A stretch of DNA of 64,000 bases from Macrostomum lignano. Lineage: Eukaryota. This document shows positions 60,922 through 64,000 of this stretch, piece by piece (positions within the stretch are counted from its first letter, which is position 1; each line of letters opens with the position of its first letter). The DNA is taken from the NCBI GenBank assembly GCA_002269645.1, contig NIVC01001799.1:95347-159346 (forward strand), given 5' to 3'. The position numbers were made by a program, and so were the translations under genes. Below the pieces are notes generated by a model. The model did not search any database. It had not been told where the DNA came from and worked only from the letters and a program-made list of their open reading frames with translations.

Positions 60922-62050
60922 TTGCGCTGCTATTGGCAAGATTTTCTGCTTGGATTTTTTGTTTGCTTTGCTGCCTTCTAGTCTTCTGCCTTGGAAAGAA
61001 GTGCTGGAATGAGTAATATGAGGTTTTGGTTTTATTAATTCGAAATGAGTTAAAAAGGCCCGTTATTCTGTTCAATTAATCTTCAAAGCGTGTCCCCCCA
61101 CCTGTCCCCATGCAAACAAGCAAAGTAGCAAAGAAACAGCTAATTTAACAAGAAACTGATAAAAAGCAAAAAACAATTGCTGGGTGGGGCCTCTAATAAA
61201 GCTGAAGCCTTCATCCCAAAAAAACAGGAAATTCCCCTTTGGGACTTTTATATAGCTTACCTTCTTTGCAATATCCGAGCTCTCTCCCTATGACTGCAAT
61301 TGAAGCTGGGAATAACAAAATGACTCGAAAACACAAAAGAGAAGGCTAGTGTGATAAACAGGCTAGGCCAGAGGGTGGAGCTGGAGAGTAAGTCGCGGGG
61401 TGAAAAATGCAAAACTAAAACGAGCAAGGGAAGAAGAAGCCTGGCTACCGCGCTTCTGTCTGCCTTATCGACATCTTTTGCACTCGATTTTTGTTCGCAA
61501 TCAGGCGCGCATGCAGTGAGAACACGCCCGCCACTGCCAGCCAATCCCCAACACACCCAGGGACTCGTACTTCCCTCTCCACCTCATCCCTCTCTTTACT
61601 CACTCCAGCAGGTCCCCTTCCCGTAGCATCTGACAACCCTGTCCATTCGAGCTCTAGTTAAAGGCAGACCTTAATCAAACTCCTGCCCCCTGCTCAAAAT
61701 CTGAGTCTTCTGAGAGCATTAGGGCTAGTCAAGAAAGACGGAGGATTATATCTCTCGCCCAACAGTCAGTCACTGTACTTCCTAGATGGTCTCTGTCTTA
61801 GCCTCGGTCACTGCATGCCTGTTCTAATTTGAGCAGCTGCTTTTAATGTGCCTCACCATCTCTTATTTTTACTATGTAAAACCTGCTTAAAAATAACAAC
61901 TGATTCTTCTAATTGAAAATTGATGAGACAAACCAGTATTTGCTTAATATACTACTTATAAGTAAAGCTACTGACTTGAGAAAATTAAATTAAAAAAATA
62001 TTTAGCATAAAAAATTAGACTAAATTTAATTGAAACATGGTGCTATTTGC

Positions 62051-62509
62051 GGTCACTGGTCAGATCGTCATATTCCATTTCATCATATTGGATGACGAAG
62101 TGACCAGAAGCAAAGTAGCTTGAAAAAAATATGACGAAGTGACCAAATATTTAGTTATGCTGGATACTTCGTCATCAACCAATCAATCTGTGCATGCATG
62201 ATTTGAGTTAGTGTAAAATAATTTTTTGTTTAATAGGCCCCTAACTATAAGCTGCGGCAAGCAATACCGATCGATCAACAGGTTTTATCAATCGAGATGA
62301 CAAAATGACTGGGATCATTAGGATTCCAAGTAAATATATTTAATTGCCACAATAATTCACTTGAAGTTGGAACTAATATGATTGGTGGATGACGAAATGA
62401 CTCTCTTCAGGTAGTGCATGTTAATTAAGATGACGAAGTGACCATAGTCGAGGTGAGCACCCCAGACACCCAGATGACGAAATGGCAGATGACGAAATGA
62501 CTAGGAACC
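62051..62509. mobile_element. Degenerate MITE-like element with imperfect about 36-bp TIRs and an 8-bp target-site duplication
   Basis: The left end GGTCACTGGTCAGATCGTCATATTCCATTTCATCAT matches the reverse complement of the right end (GGTTCCTAGTCATTTCGTCATCTGCCATTTCGTCAT) at 28/36. Flanks are CTATTTGC (62043-62050) and CTTTTTGC (62510-62517). Internal GATGACGAA(G/A)TGAC motifs recur. Confidence 0.65.
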
Positions 62510-64000
62510 CTTTTTGCAAATACTCTGTATTGAAGTGTTGCAATAGTGAGCCACGTAATTGACTTTAGCAACTTAAAGCCAACTTTTTTAGTTTTCTAAA
62601 GTTTGAACATTGTTGTCTAGAAAAAAATTTTTTTTGGACTACCATACACTGTAAATTGTATGTGACCAAAAAAGCTGCTGAACATCATTAGGCCAAAAGT
62701 GGCTGAATGCAAATACAGTTAAACAGTATCCAAACTGAGCAGAAATGAACATAAATTATACATTTTAGTGATTTTACATAACCCCAAGCAATAATCTATA
62801 CATATAAAGTTTAAAAGCCAATAAAATTGATTTAATATATAGAGGTAAAAATTTTTGTAAAATCAGTTAAAATACTTGCTTTAAAAATTACAAAAGACAA
62901 AAAAGATAAACTTAGCAAATGGACTTTTTATCAAAATTGAAATCTTTCATATAAGTATATATAATTTATTAATAACACTTTTGTTAAGCATTGTAAGTTT
63001 ATTGTTCTAAAAACCTTTGTTACTTTTATTGCAGTTTTAAAAAAGTTGTTTTGTCCTGCTCACTTTGTAATATGAGTTTCATTTTTATTTTATTTTTTAT
63101 ATAAAGTGAAAGTGGTATAACTAGATACATTGACTTGAGACTTATTGTCCCTTCAATTTTTCTCCTTGTCAGATTTTCTTAATACTGCTATGCTACTTTA
63201 TTTGCTGTTAATTGTTAATTGTTTATTGTTTATTACATTGTTTATTCATTGTATATATTATATAGCTATATGTAAATATGTATATATTGTACATAAAATG
63301 CCCCAAGGGCCTACAAAATTGTCCCATTTTAGCATCAGTATCAGATGGTTATTGGACTAGAGTGCAATTATTGGGAATTTGTGTGAAGATGGAGTCATCT
63401 ATTCAAGCCTTTTTAATGTATGTCATATCATTTTGGCACTCAATTTAAAACATGACCATTGCATAGAAAATTCTCTAGAAATACTAGAGATTAGTCTGGG
63501 TTTGCAGAACCTGAGACATGCCACCAATCCAACTGTGTAAGTGCCATCTGCATTATTCTAGAATCAATCTAATGAAAGACAAATAACTATATGTTTTATC
63601 TTTTTTACTTTATGCTTCTCTTGTAGGGCTTTATTAATAAAAAATCAATAAATTGTCAATAGAAACTCAATTTGACAGCATTCAGCAAACATTTAATTAT
63701 TAAATCATAGCTTTTAACTTGATTGATTATGCTATGCTTAATACTTTTCTATATAATGCAGTGAGCTAGGCTTTTTGCAGCAAATCATTATTGCTAATGA
63801 AATGACTTTACTATGTGACTCTAGAAACCAGAACTAGTCCAAGCAGTAAGTAGAAGCAGTTGTCAATGGGTGCCAATGCCCCCCCACAACAAAGGCCTAG
63901 GTATCCAGCAGTGCCAGAAAATAATGGCCATTGTTTTTTTTTACTTGCAGGGTCTTGTCTACACACAAGATCTATATAGAGCAAGGCTATATAGTCAACA

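Noticed and set aside
63951-64000. Possible + strand exon after a good acceptor (TTTTTTTTTACTTGCAG), reading GLVYTQDLYRARLYSQ
   Set aside because: Only 50 nt lie within the window, with no recognisable homology and no coding upstream exon.

Overview
This is eukaryotic (metazoan) genomic DNA: GC-rich exons separated by GT-AG introns, with a very high load of micro- and minisatellites. That style suggests a free-living flatworm such as Macrostomum, but the organism is an inference I cannot verify. I could reconstruct four intron-containing genes by hand. (1) COPA (coatomer alpha): + strand, 9 exons, 4308-14064, about 1240 aa, intact. (2) A class A peptide-type GPCR: + strand, 3 exons, 20860-26216. 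(3) SEL1L: - strand, 11 exons, 56316-35135. (4) An ACBD3/GCP60-like GOLD protein: - strand, 60921-58240, with no visible acyl-CoA-binding domain. There is also an orphan low-complexity ORF (-, 2580-1246). Mobile elements: an apparently full-length non-LTR retrotransposon (ORF1 + APE-RT-RNase H-CCHC, I-group/LOA-like) with a 13-bp target-site duplication, inserted antisense in SEL1L intron 5; a decayed relic of a related element at 218-760; and two MITE-like elements. Almost every intron carries its own private minisatellite. The most striking observations are: (a) a 3.1-kb satellite whose 16-bp monomer contains a perfect three-unit heat-shock element; (b) a strong 3' splice acceptor 2 nt before the retrotransposon ORF1 ATG, plus a TGA-TAATG stop/start junction between ORF1 and ORF2; (c) four single-base -1 frameshifts in otherwise intact ORFs, three pinned to short homopolymers, which look like consensus errors. 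All alignments and family assignments were made by eye from memory of the protein families; no database search was run.
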